A stretch of DNA of 63,909 bases, filler included, from Hyphochytrium catenoides (GCA_900088475.1; 5 parts of 5 records of this genome joined end to end with filler, not necessarily neighbours in it); one strand, 5' to 3'; positions 1 through 11,440 are shown, counted from the first letter of the whole stretch. A program made the numbers and translations. The notes: generated by a model not told the origin, from the letters alone.

Positions 1-859
1 CATTCTTCCTTAGGAACGCACCAAGCAAGTGATCAAGTCCAAGACTCCGAACACAGTGAGTATTCAAACACTGAACAGCACTCTGAGGACTCGGATGACC
101 AATCCTCGGAAGTATCGGAGGCATCGACCCTGCAACCGCAGCAGACGCAGATACAAGCTTGGAAGTCGACGAGTATGAGGACTGTGGTGAAACAGCTGAT
201 CTCAGCTCTGTATCCCAATTCATCCTTGGCACACAGGTACTCCCAGCAGGACTCGCTCTGGATGCGACCGGGAAGTCTCAGTCTGTTGGACGTTCAGGAA
301 CCAGCGACCTTAGAGGACACGTTGGCCTTCTCTGTTTCGGACCGTACAGGAGCCAGATCAATGATCTCATCGTAAAGGGACATTTTTATGATAGATAAGG
401 GTGTTGACCAGCTCTGTATGCAATGAAATTGATGAATGTGCGCTGGTTCTCAAGATCGAACGCCCGAAATCAAGAACATCATCGAAGCTTCGCATTCTTC
501 TTCTTCCTTGAGATTCTGATCCGTTTCAGGACAAAACTCCAACCCGCTTCGCAGCTTTTACTAAGGAAATCTATAGGATGAGAAATCAAAAGTACGGACT
601 TCAGGGTTTTAAGATGTAGCGATCTGTTGAGTTCGCAAGTCTTCATCCTATTTGTAAACAAGACAAGCCCTATACCCATGTGTAGCCTAGAGAATAGCAC
701 GTGAATAGGTATCGGTGCATCGATGGTGAAAATTCTAGACTTACACTTAAGTATTCCACAAAAGGGAGGCTCCAGGAGCTCTAGTTTTATAATATAAGAG
801 GTGGCAGCCAGGTTGATGGCAAAGTAGGCGCGATTCGGTGCATCACTTCCTAGTCTTTA

Positions 860-952
860 TTAGTCTCCATTTTGTTTATATACCAGGATTTTTCCTCCCT
901 CTGGGTCATCCCCTATACACTTCCTGGTTCCAGCGTCAATCACAGTTCAATA
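860..952 (-). repeat. Degenerate partial copy of LTR-A (U3 part, no clear tRNA cassette)
   Basis: tttgtttatataccagg...ccagcgtcaatcacagttcaata aligns by eye with the tttgtttatataccaggg...cagcgtcgatcacagttcaaca end of the LTR-A copies at 56336-56594 and 57431-57692. Confidence 0.55.
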
Positions 953-1444
953 GATCCTGGTATGAAAAGGGGTTGCTGCAAACGCACTTGCATCCTCTCA
1001 ACACGCCCCAATAAAGAACAACGACAATGGAATGTCTGCCCCCATTGCAATTGTGCGGAAGACACAAACCAGAAGCGTGCTAGGAACTAGCTAAGAATGC
1101 GCATCTTCAGCCATCACGGTCCCTCAAGCACACCTGTAAAGAGAAAAACCTCACAGCAGCCAGATCAATCGCACTATTTGCGGCATTTATCGTTCTTTGG
1201 ACCCTGCTGAAAAGACGAAACTAGTAAACTCTCTCGGAGGAGCGTCCACTTCTACTCGACAGCGCATAAACCCGATAGGGGTACAAACATGTGATCAGGG
1301 TTAGAGCACATACAGACCCATTCATTGAGGCAATTGTACACCATCTTCATCAACAAATCCCCTTTGTTGTTATCTGTTCAGCTAGATTAAGCTCAGAGAG
1401 ACGTCAACATCTACCGCTGCTGAAATTCATCTATATACAGTAGA

Positions 1445-1790
1445 CTGGTCAGAATAGCTCTACTGTAGCTTGTGGAACTCCAGTTCGCTTATACAGTAGC
1501 TTGTGGAACTCCAGTTCGCTTATATCTGAAGCGCCGTAACCCTAAGCACCTCACCTAATGAAATTTTCCAGTCGCCCATAGAACGCCAGTGGGTATTGAT
1601 CCATTTATAAAAAAAACCCCAACTGGGTCCCACCATCAAGAGCTAATGCCGCTATGCCAGGTATTCCTAACAAGCCCCTTATGACGCCTAAGGTATTCCG
1701 GAATCCCGACGATAAGCCATAATAATAAAGAGGAACAATTCGTTTGCTTCATAACTTGGCTCCTACAGTGATTTGGAGATGAAATTGTCA
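1445..1790. repeat. Two decayed LTR-B fragments in opposite orientation
   Basis: 1445-1590 resembles the LTR-B 3' part (gtcagaatagctcta...ttgtgg..ccagtt.gcttata...ctaatga) and has an internal ~29-bp duplication. ~1605-1790 is reverse-complementary to LTR-B (caactgggtcccac...aaggtattccgg...taagccata...ttcgtttgcttcata). Confidence 0.5.
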
Positions 1791-2223
1791 AATTTATTTG
1801 GGATTCGGAGAGAAGCTCATTATAATTTGCATAAAGACTTATGAAGCCAGAATGGGTAGGTCTTCTAAGCCAGTGTGGGTAGTCTCCTAAGGCCAGAGTG
1901 GGTAATCTTTAGTGCAGCTTGTGGGACCATATAGACTTTGGTATCCTGAATATGACTGCCTCCCATTTTCAAAATAGGGAGTAACTGTCCTTTCGAAGGC
2001 ATACATACAGTACATGTAAGCCATAATAGCTCAGCTCCTCTCCTTCCTTCATATTCTCAGCTTCACCTTGGAGTCTGTTCTGTGAGTGTACGGTAGCTCT
2101 GGTACACTTTAGCCCTATCAATAGCTTTAGGCTTCGCCTAGGGCTCGCCCGACGTTACTAGTGCGTAAACCAGCCTTCGGCTGCATTATTAGCGGAAGAT
2201 GCTTGGACGACACACTGATTTGG

Positions 2224-2479
2224 TGTTGAACTGTGATCGACACTGAAACCAAATAGTGTACAGCGGACGACGCAGAGGGGAAAATCCCTGGTATATAAAC
2301 AAAAACAGAGATTAGTTAAGTGTACGTTTGGTGTATGGTGCATACTGGTTAGGGTGTCGACATCAAAGGCAGAGGTCCTGGGTTCAAATCCCGGAGCGTA
2401 CAAAAACTTTTCTCCGGTATATCCAGACACCCCCCAATATTAATTCAAAGTGCTCACCATCCAAGGATAAAATCTAACA
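2224..2479 (+). mobile_element. Solo LTR (LTR-A) containing a tRNA-like cassette, nested in the Helitron 3' region
   Basis: TGTTGAAC...CTAACA termini and a perfect 5-bp TSD TTTGG (2219-2223 and 2480-2484). The two short Helitron copies show the empty site (gtacaactaaatcagtg). TATATAAA at 2292. Confidence 0.9.
2322..2402 (+). ncRNA. tRNA-derived Pol III cassette inside LTR-A (not a decoding tRNA)
   Basis: Acceptor stem GTACGTT/AGCGTAC, discriminator A, T-arm CTGGG-TTCAAAT-CCCGG (B box), A-box-like TGGTGTATGG and downstream TTTT. The D region is enlarged and the anticodon stem is poorly paired. Confidence 0.75.
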
Positions 2480-3481
2480 TTTGGTTGTACGAAGTAACAC
2501 CAGGAGCTCTTCATCTCTTCCTACATGTAGAAGCATCAGTATTTCCTAGATAATAGGCACACTCTACTCCTCGTTCACACACGCTTCCAACAGCAGAGTA
2601 GTGAGTGAGTGAGTGAGTGAGTGAGTGAGTGAATGGCGAAAGTTTCTCAACTCTTCAATTGCTGCAGGAGTTGCGTGACATGTCACCTCCACCCTCAGCT
2701 CCTACAGCTAAAGATACTGGAAAGTAGGTGATGCGTCTCAGGTAAAGTAAGGTTACATCACAAATTCGCCTGGAGGCACGCGATGTGTCTCGGTTTGTGG
2801 TGATACGTCTCGCGTTACAAATTCGAGTTATGTTCATAAAGACCCTTTCCCTTCCGCTCTGACCCCTTTATATCTCCAAAGTACACAAACAAAGACCCAA
2901 ACCCAAAGAAAAAACCCAAACAGTGATTAGTAAAAATCCAAATAGTGAAATTTTGATCACAAACACACAGATTCTTAGGACCCGTCGCTGCGCGACGGGA
3001 TGGATGGCGCTGAGCGTAAGCGAGCAGTTACATTGCGCTTTTGCTTCTGGTGTAAGTTGCTGCGTAGAATTCTATTGCTTCTTGCTGAAACAGTGCTCTT
3101 TTGAAATGTTCTTGGTACTGTGTTTTGCTTTGCTGCTTCTGTTACAGCTGTACCTATTGGAATGTTTCTGTTCTGTGATTGTTCTTTGCTTAGCATTGGC
3201 CTGTTTTCTATGGTGTTCTTGAAATCTAGGTTTGTCGTAATTGTGTAGGGCTCTAGTTTTTACTTAAGCTTTTACTACGGCTTTTGATTATTAGCCGCAA
3301 TGTTGTGTTGGTGTTAGTTGGGTGTGGGGAGGTGGGAAGCTTCTCAGCTTCTTGTTTTTGTCGTTTTGTTCTATGAATTTTCTTTGTTTTTTCCTTTGAA
3401 CTTCTTGAGGTGCGTGAGCGCTGCGTGGGATTTGGATGTGTCATTTGTAAAGATTCCGCGGTGCTGATCAAGACTCTGTTG

Positions 3482-4406
3482 ATGATGGAGGAAGAGAAGA
3501 TCTGTAGAAGTGTGGAGGATTTCAGGGGGCATTCATTGATCGAGGCGTTTGAGGGGAAAGTTGACAGTGTGAGCAGGGTATTTGGTGTGGATGTACTTGG
3601 GGTATCTGGTGATTGTTCTGCTAGTGATGAGGAGAAGAAGGCGGGAATGATTTTGCATATCAGGGATGCGGATGGTTGCGGCGTGTCCTGTTTGCTGCGG
3701 GGTCATCTCGCGGTCGAGGAGCAGAAGCTAGTTGTCGCTGGTCAGGTTTGATGAAAGAAGGAAGAATTAGAATGGTGTAGATGACTAAGAATCTTTTTGT
3801 TAGCGCGTGTTGCTTCGCATGTTTCTGAAGAGCTTCAAGGAGCGAAGCGAAGGGGTAACGGAGTTATGGTTGCGGAGTTGCGAGGTCTCTACGTTAGAAG
3901 TGGTTGAAGAGCAGAGGACTATCAGTCCGGGGCAGGTGGAGGAGATGACGGTTGGAGACGTTGTTAATGTGCATGTATACAAGGTGGCCTCGTTAAGGGA
4001 GAAAGGTCTTCAAGCTGCGGAAGGATCGACAGGAAAGGTATGAATGGATCATCATGCTGACTGGGTGAATAGACTAAGTTGGCGATGATAGTTTTGGAGG
4101 CTTTTGTTGTCAGATGAAGATGGACGAAATTGTTTCCTGACCATCTGGGAGGATAGCAGGGAAAGTATGGAGATGTTATTTGATTGGTGCGATAGAAGTC
4201 CTTCACTAGCTCAGGAGCGGTGTTTGGTGGTTAGGAATGTAAAGGTGAGGCTGGTGGGTGCAGTCCTGTGTCTGTCGTCTATCTCTCACCGGTCTGTGGT
4301 GGAGGAGATTCATCGGTCCAGGAAACGTGGTGCTTCTGAAGGCGGGATTGATATGCCTACGGAAGCTAAGAGGCGCCGACAGGAGAGCGTTTGCGAGAGA
4401 AAGTAA
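3482..4406 (+). CDS. Helitron-encoded OB-fold ssDNA-binding (RPA70-like) protein, 3 exons, ~270 aa
   Basis: Exons 3482-3745, 3804-4037 and 4092-4406 splice in frame via GT-AG introns. Repeated OB-like motifs LHIRDADGCGVSCLL and GK-FWRLLLSDEDGRNCFLTIWED...LVVRNVKV; basic C-terminal NLS-like KRRRQ. The start codon is uncertain. Confidence 0.6.
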
Positions 4407-4457
4407 TAGCATTGTTTCTATTTTGGCTAATCTATTTCTATAGATAATGTACAAAGA

Positions 4458-7400
4458 CTATTGAAGAGCAGGTTGTAGACTGCGGAGTCTCTGCTCTTCG
4501 GCGATGAAAGGCGGAGGTATGAAGAAGTGGGAAGAATCTTCGCTTGTCAGTGGCTCCGACATTTGAAAGGCGTTTTTGCTCCCCACTCTAGAGGTTACCA
4601 CGTTCAGTGTTTGGTGTGGGGTTCTGCTGTAGTTTTCTCCCCTTCGTAGATCTCCTGCCAGCACAGCGACGTACGTGCCTCCCTGTAACTTTTCAGGTGT
4701 GAGAGCGAAGGCTGGGCTGATAACATGCTGGAAGACAGTTATCCGGAAGGCGCTATGGCGGTCTTTCAATCTCACTTCTATCTTCTGTTTTGCCGGAGGT
4801 AAGAGAAGATAGCCTGTCGGAAGTCCAGGGTACTGGGGTTGCTCTGCCCTTGATTCACAGAGCTTGATCAGAATGTAGTCTGGCACGTTTCTTAGTTGCC
4901 GCACCGTATAGCCTGGTGCTAGCTCTCGCTGGTGGTGGGAGGGCTCAGCATGACTAGGGAATATGGCGACAACATGTCCTTTGTCTCCGTTGCCCACACC
5001 TAGTGTATCTCGGAAAATGTTTGATACTATTTGGATGGGCATTCCTTTTCGCTTTGTTAGTGTGAGAATTATTGCGTATCGACAGCGTAGATTTTACCTG
5101 AGTAAGTCTCAAGGGACATACAGACTCTTCCAGTAACGTAGTCAGGAAGATGGCGGAGGGAGGAAATGGAATAGTTTCCTCTTGATATTAGATCCGCGTC
5201 CCACTGATAAACAGTAGGCCTCCTGGCTGGCGGCAGTTGTTGAATGACAAACCGTGTTAACTGGAAGTTAACGGCGCAACGAACCTAGGAGCGAAAAGCA
5301 TCAGGGGCTGTTTGCAAGGAAATATGCAAAATGATACCTTATTAAGGGCGATAGCGATGGGGATGAATTTTGGCGTGCTATCGTGCGGTAACTCGATTCG
5401 TCTCTCGTTGAGATATCTCAGATTTTCCGGAGAGAGAGGCACTGGCTTTTCCAATTCCAGCAAGAACTGAGCCCACTCAGGGTCACGGCGACACCGCATG
5501 TTTTCTTCGAGGAAGACGGAGACACTGACGCTCATGTACGCGGAATGTCCTTGTACTTCGGCGCTGGTGGCAGCTATCCTTGGACGGGTAAACAAAGGCT
5601 GTGAACGGACGCATGGTAGCTGCTTAAAGTCACCAGCGAAGAGTACATGATGTCCGGCAAAGAGTTTGTCAGTCACACATGCAAAGGTTCTAGTGGCTTC
5701 CTCAAAATTTCCCAAGAGTTGAGCTGGCACTATCGATATCTCATCGATAATGTGAAGCACAATTGCCGCTTGCTGTTGCTTTTGGGAGACTGTGGGAGCG
5801 CATTGGAGCATGTGGTGGCTGAATGGGTGAAGATTCCTGGCCGAGTGCATTGTCGTGCCACCGATGTTGAGCGCAGCGGTGGTTAGATATGCAGTTGGTT
5901 CTACGGCCTGGGGTCTTCGCCACCTTTCTGCTAGAGCCTTCAATGCATGAATGACCGTCGACTTGCCTCTGCCGGGCCCTCCTCCAAGAAAGATAATCGC
6001 TTGGTTGTCCAGAGGCGGGTGCTGCTGCTGAGCGAGTGCTTGGTCTGCTTCCTCCTTATGTCCTAGGTCGCACAGAAAGCGGTATATAAGAAGTCTGCCT
6101 ACCAACACTATCGCTCGATGCTGCATTTCGTTCGCACGGAAAGCCTGGGAGATCTCGGAGATCGATGCATAGAGAGGGAGATTGTGCGGGTCTTCAGCTG
6201 GCGTGTCCGGTGGCCTTTGCCATGCTGCTGGTTGTAGATACCGGACTACATTCAGACGTGTAGGACGTATGACGGGCTGCTGGCTTTCGCATTGTTGACT
6301 TCTCACTTGTAACCATTCTAGATATCGATCTCTTCTTGGTGGTTGAAAGGTTGAAGCAACGTGTGTTAGCGGCGTATAAAAATGCGCCATTCTCTCAAAA
6401 GTGTCTTGACGTCCCGGAAAATGAGTGGCAAGCAAATTGCTCGAGAATACGTCGTAGGCCTCGAGGGGTATGTCAGTTTGCGGATAGTCGCCGCCGCTAT
6501 CTTCAGCGTTTTCTTGAGGAGGATGTTGGTCATCATCAATTTCTTCGTCCTCGCCTGGTAGAAGAGACGTTGTTGGCGGAGGGATGACTCCAGATAAAAG
6601 TGGATGTTCTCTATTCGTCTCATCCTCTAGGTTGATGGTTGTTTCACGAGCCAGGCGGCGGCTAGCGTGAAAGTCGGTTTGCAAGGCGACGAAGTTCATG
6701 GCTGATGGGGTTCGCTCCCATTCGGTCCATGCCTCTGACCACGTTGATCCTGCGCTGCGAAGAGATTGCGTGCCTTGTGTAACCGGTCGGTGGGGCTTGA
6801 AGAGGAAGAGTATGATAGAAAAAAAGAATTCTTTGTCTTCAGCAGGGCAGTTTGGAGCTTCTATATCTGGTAATTCCTTGCCAACGATGTGCAAGACCTT
6901 ACGAGAGGTGTTAGGCGCGATATGTTTTCTATCTCGGTGCGGATGGCCTTCCAGCAATTGCATCGTCGTGTTTCTCGTAGCATTCTTTGCCAAGTGGTAG
7001 TTCTCGACAAAGTCGATAAAGGATATGTTTTTTAATGGTCCTGCCTCAGGGCGGTGCCAATAGTTGAGGACGTGGGATTGTATTTCTATACTGTCGTTGG
7101 GAGCATCGTTCTCTTCTGAAAGCGAGGTTGCAGATACTTCTAGAACGTCCTCTGCTTGCTGTCTTTGATCTGCGTCGTCAAACAGGTGTCTGAGGTGGAA
7201 AAGAATGCTGTGGGTAGATATTGTCACGAACTCTACAGAGAAAAGGAAAAAGCTGGAGTTGGAGAGGTACCACGCAGCCATCGGCGCGTGGATCTCTTGT
7301 TTGTTAGTCATGCCGTACAGCATACTCGATATCATCTTTGCTCCTCTTTGCTCTGGTGAGACAGCTGGGTCATTAACAGCAATACTGCTTCTATCATAGC

Positions 7401-9902
7401 ATGCTAGGCCAAACGCCACCAGGTTGTCTGCGACTATTTTTTGCTTGGTAACGTATTTGACGCAATACGCTACCCGATCCGCTGAGGTACCGTCTAAGAG
7501 AAGCTGGATATCGTGGTTGGACTTAAAAGCTTTGATAATAACAGGAGAGAAGGGTTGGATGTATTCACATCCGATAGGGCGTGGCAGTAAGAAGCCATTT
7601 CTGTCTAGCGCTGGTTCCTGTAGATATGCTTTTCTTGGGAAAGAGAATCGGCAGACATTTCCGGACGGCGTCCTTCTCGATTTCTATAGATCAAATCGTT
7701 AACGTTAGTAATACTGTTTTACTTTCCTATCTCTCTATTCCTACCTTGAAGCAGCTCGACATGTGCCTCCAGCTGTGCGTCAGCACGGTGAGGATAGTGA
7801 AAGTGAAAAGCAATATCTCGATTGCTATAGTACTTCCTAGGGAAGCCTCAAGTTCACCCGGCTGGCTTAGTCGGAAATCCAGGTCTTCAATGTTCAGCTC
7901 TTCGTCATCGTTAAGTCGTGTCAATCTCCGTTCAATCACTTCTGTGCTGGTGAATTCTGTGTGGCAGCTTTCACATTTAGATGTGAAGTGAGGCCCTGAC
8001 CGTGGTGGGGCTCGGCGGTAGGCTTCACCAGGAATTGGTTGTCGCGGCGCTAGCCGACCTTGGCAATTTGGCTCAGGGCACATGGTTACTCCTTCATTGT
8101 CAACGGGAAGATTGACTTCGGTTTTTACTAGGGAGCTGTGGTATCGTACTAGGGATTGCTTGTACTCTGCATTCTCACTGAGCATTCGCTGATTCTCCTG
8201 TGCCGTAGTTGGAAAGCCAGCTATCGCTAACACCATATGAGCGTGAAGAAAACCGCTCTCGTGAGGTTGAACAGCCACGAAGTACCATGTAGGATAGCCA
8301 AATAAGCCTGGCTGTCTTCTGGCTTTTCTCTGGTGAGTGTTCCAGCCGATGACTTCTTCAAGGAATACTTGCAGCACTCTCTTGAAATAGTCTGCGGCTG
8401 CAGTGCCATCAGCATTTGCCATCCTTTTTCTTTCGGATCGGTTAGGCGCTATTGTTCTGACTATGCTTCTCCAGTTGGGCATAGCCGACGCCTGGTGAAG
8501 GGGTCCATGAGAGCAACCTCGTACGATCCCGTTATGTCCGGAGAGAACGTAACAAATAAATGTGCAGAGCCGAATCTCTTTAGAAGACTGAATGCCTGGT
8601 CCCTAGCTCTTGAACGTTCATCGTTAGAGCCGGGAAAATAGGCTGCACCTAGTCTGATTCCTCTTCTCAGACTCAAATATGGGTTAACATTTTCTGGTCG
8701 AGCAGGAGCTGGTCTTCCCCGGCGCAAGCACTCCAAATACCGTTGTTCATAGAGAAGCCCAGCCTGCATTATCTCTCTATCAATGCTTCCAGCGCTTAGA
8801 GCGAGCCGGGTGCAGGGCAATTTGTACTTCAGCTGGCTATAAGCGTCCTGTCGACCAATCCAATCGAAGAGCACAAGCGAAAAAGAATGGTGTCTTGCGA
8901 AATGTCTACTTGATAGCTTTAAAACATGAGACACCCAAGCCTTTAGCGATATGGCAGTTCTTCGTCGCTCATCGGGCCCTCCTCCCACGGTAGTAGAGTT
9001 GGAAAGGTATCTGCGACTACTCTGGCATTACTATTGACGAAGAGATTCGACCTGCGGAAAACGTACGTTTCCTCCATTGTGGAGCAAGTGGTGTGTGACG
9101 TGATGAGAAATGTGCTTGTTTGCTCTCCTTCCGTATTATCGCTGTAACCACTTTGCTCCATTTCATTTACGACTGTCGCAGGTACAGGAGTGTTACTGTC
9201 CTCTGTCCTATCAACTATGATACCTACGCATGTGCCCATGTCAGAATAGCTTTTTAAAGCAGCATCCATAGCGCTTTTTACCTTCTGGTCTACAAGCTCT
9301 CTGAGCGTCTCCGAGTACTACAGCGCTGTAGCGAGGGTTGTTGACAGGACCGTCTTCTCTTTCTTGGCCTTTGAAGAACTGCAAGGCCGCCGTAACAGCA
9401 GGCATTCTTGCTAGGTAGGGTTCCTTTGCCGCAACTTTCTGCTCCGTTGTCATTGCACCGGCGAGGATGACGCGGATGCTTCCCACTGCACTTCTTGGTA
9501 GCATTGTCGCCATTGGTCCTGATGTGTTGGCTACTACGTAACAGTGAGACTTGAGCATCTGTCCTTGCCCTAATGAGAAAAAACGAACTCGCGTTAGAAT
9601 GATCAATAGGCATTGAAATAGTTTCCCTTACCGAAGCGAACAGTCGATATGAAGACAGCTGGTGAGACTATAGAAACCAATTCTTCCTCCGTCCGCGTCA
9701 GTGCTGCGAGCTCCGCAGGCCACTCTCCTATGGCTAGGCCGTTAGCAATGGCGAATTTGGGAGGGTCTTTGCTTCTTGAGAGGTGAGCGAAGCAAGTCCT
9801 GCAAATCATAGCCTCTGCCTGAGCACTTCCGTCCTCTAAAAGCTTTCTAGAGAAGCCTGCCACACTCAAATTATTATCGCATTGTTGACAACAGACAGAC
9901 AC
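4458..9902 (-). pseudogene. Helitron RepHel transposase (DUF6570-like N-terminus, HUH/Y2 Rep, PIF1 SF1B helicase), intron-containing and frameshifted
   Basis: Motifs PKFAIANGLAIGEWPAELAALTRTEE; FVTFSP; GLFG...GFLHAHMVL (HUH); HSWRHMSSCFK; CRFSFP; SNHDIQ...YCVKYVTK (Y2); GGPGRGKS; IIDEIS; FAGDFKQLPCV; FALTPEKLQG; SRV. GT-AG introns near 9570-9630, 7685-7745, 5285-5337 and 5045-5097. Apparent frameshifts near 8985, 8480 and possibly 9270. Confidence 0.9.
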
Positions 9903-10003
9903 ACAGACAACACGAAAAAGTCCATTTGTGCTGAAGCCCCTGTGGGTTGAAATTGAGGCTCACCCTTCGGGCTCGCAATGAGGTTTGACCAGATGGTCCA
10001 GCT

Positions 10004-10270
10004 TGTTGAAGTATGGACTATCTGAGTCTTAATCTATAGGACTAAGATGTACCAGGCCAACTTCCAAACTACGGTTTCAAACTCCAAGTAGAAGCAGAGA
10101 TACGAAGGAAAAGTGAACTCTAATGTTAACTATGGCTTATTACTAGGAGAGAACAAGTACTCTCTATTATTGGGGATACATCTCAGCAGTATTCAGTCTC
10201 ATAAATCCAATAGGGTCCCCCAATCTAGAAACCACCCTTTTCTGGCGTAGTATAAGCCCACAACAACAGC
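10004..10270 (+). repeat. Diverged LTR-B-related LTR remnant
   Basis: Starts TGTTGAAG; shares ttcaaactcca.gtagaagc.gagata.gaag...ctatggctta with the LTR-B copies. Confidence 0.45.
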
Positions 10271-11047
10271 AGGAAATGCCTGGGCTTGGACTTCCCTTAG
10301 CTGTTGGGATCAATGGTCCAAACATTGAGTGAAGCGTCGAAGCTGAACATTCCTGTGTCTCCCATTCATTGCAATGGCACCGTCATCAAGGAACCCGATC
10401 ATCACCGTCATCAGAGACACCAACAACAAGGCTCATCTAGGGTCATCATCATCATCAAACATTAAAGTTCGCGACCACAGGCCGGAGCCCATTTTGCGGA
10501 GGTCGCAGTCATCCTTCCGAGAAATGCTGGGAACTCGAGTAGAACGCTCATCACAGACCGCCTTTCTGGAGATCACGCTCTAAGAGGAAACTGCCAAAAG
10601 CTTTGAAGAAATTTATTGAATTATCTTCATTAAAGAAGAAGACTTCTTATCGTGAAGCAGTGAAGGCAATACTGAGAAGAACTGAAGAACACAACCAGCT
10701 CATCACTAAGGAAACATCTCAACAACCAAATAAACTATCTCTTTCCGAAGAGGACTCACGGACAGGAGTCAACCAAGATCAGGGTCCCAAGGATCCAAAT
10801 GAAGGAAAACTAATCATTACTCAGCCTTCGAATCAAGAAAAGCTTGACGCTGATAACAATAATATTCTCCACAGTTCCCACCTAGCGCTGATCCGACAAT
10901 GTAGAATTTTCTAGATATCTCGACGCGTTTAGAGGCTAAGGAAAAAACATGCCAACCTCGCTGTTCATCGTACATCGAGAAGTGTGTGCAATGGAAACCC
11001 AAGAATTAAGTAATCTCTTTCTAGCGGGTCTACAGCATGCGGGGAGG

Positions 11048-11440
11048 TGTTGAACCTTAAGCTTCGACCCTTTCACAATAGGGAATCCGAACAACTGCGG
11101 AGAGGTGTTGGAGTCTGAGGGCACAGCTGTGTGGACTACAAGCTGACAAGCTCAACTACCCAAGTTTCAGCTTCAAACTTCCAGTAGAAGCCGGGATATG
11201 AAGCAAACGAAATGTCCCTGTTTATATCTATGGCTTAGGGTCAGTTCCCCGTAATACCTTCAAGACCGACTGTTATAGACAGGAATTTCTCTATGACTGA
11301 ATATCTTATGGTTTATTAAGAATAGTTGACATAGTCAGAATAGCTCTAGATTGTGGGACCCCAGTTGGGCTTTATAAGTAGAGCACGCTCATCTAATGAC
11401 ATTGTCCAATCAACCCATATATATTTTATATTATCTAACA
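11048..11440 (+). mobile_element. LTR-B (long variant), 3' LTR preceded by a polypurine tract
   Basis: PPT GCGGGGAGG (11039-11047) then TGTTGAAC; a second PPT-like GCGGAGAGG precedes TGTTGGAG at 11106; ends CTAACA at 11440. Homologous to the solo LTRs at 55507 and 55919. Confidence 0.75.

Larger units (their letters stand above)
2118..9978 (-). mobile_element. Helentron/Helitron2-type rolling-circle transposon (~7.9 kb), encodes RepHel and an OB-fold gene
   Basis: Contains a HUH/Y2 Rep plus PIF1 helicase gene. The 5' terminus TTGCGAGCCCGAAGGG (9978 leftwards) and 3' terminus GGGCGAGCCCTAGGCGAAGCCTAAAGCTATTGA (to 2118) are shared with the short copies at 53754 and 56698. Inserted at A|T with no clear TSD. 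Confidence 0.85.

Noticed and set aside
1-700. Copia pol remnants (EPATLE-like motif on +, CELNRSL-like motif on -)
   Set aside because: The motifs are too degenerate to support a call.
2322-2402. Functional tRNA gene (apparent CAA anticodon)
   Set aside because: The anticodon stem is mispaired, the D region is enlarged, there is no Leu-type long variable arm, and it always sits inside an LTR.
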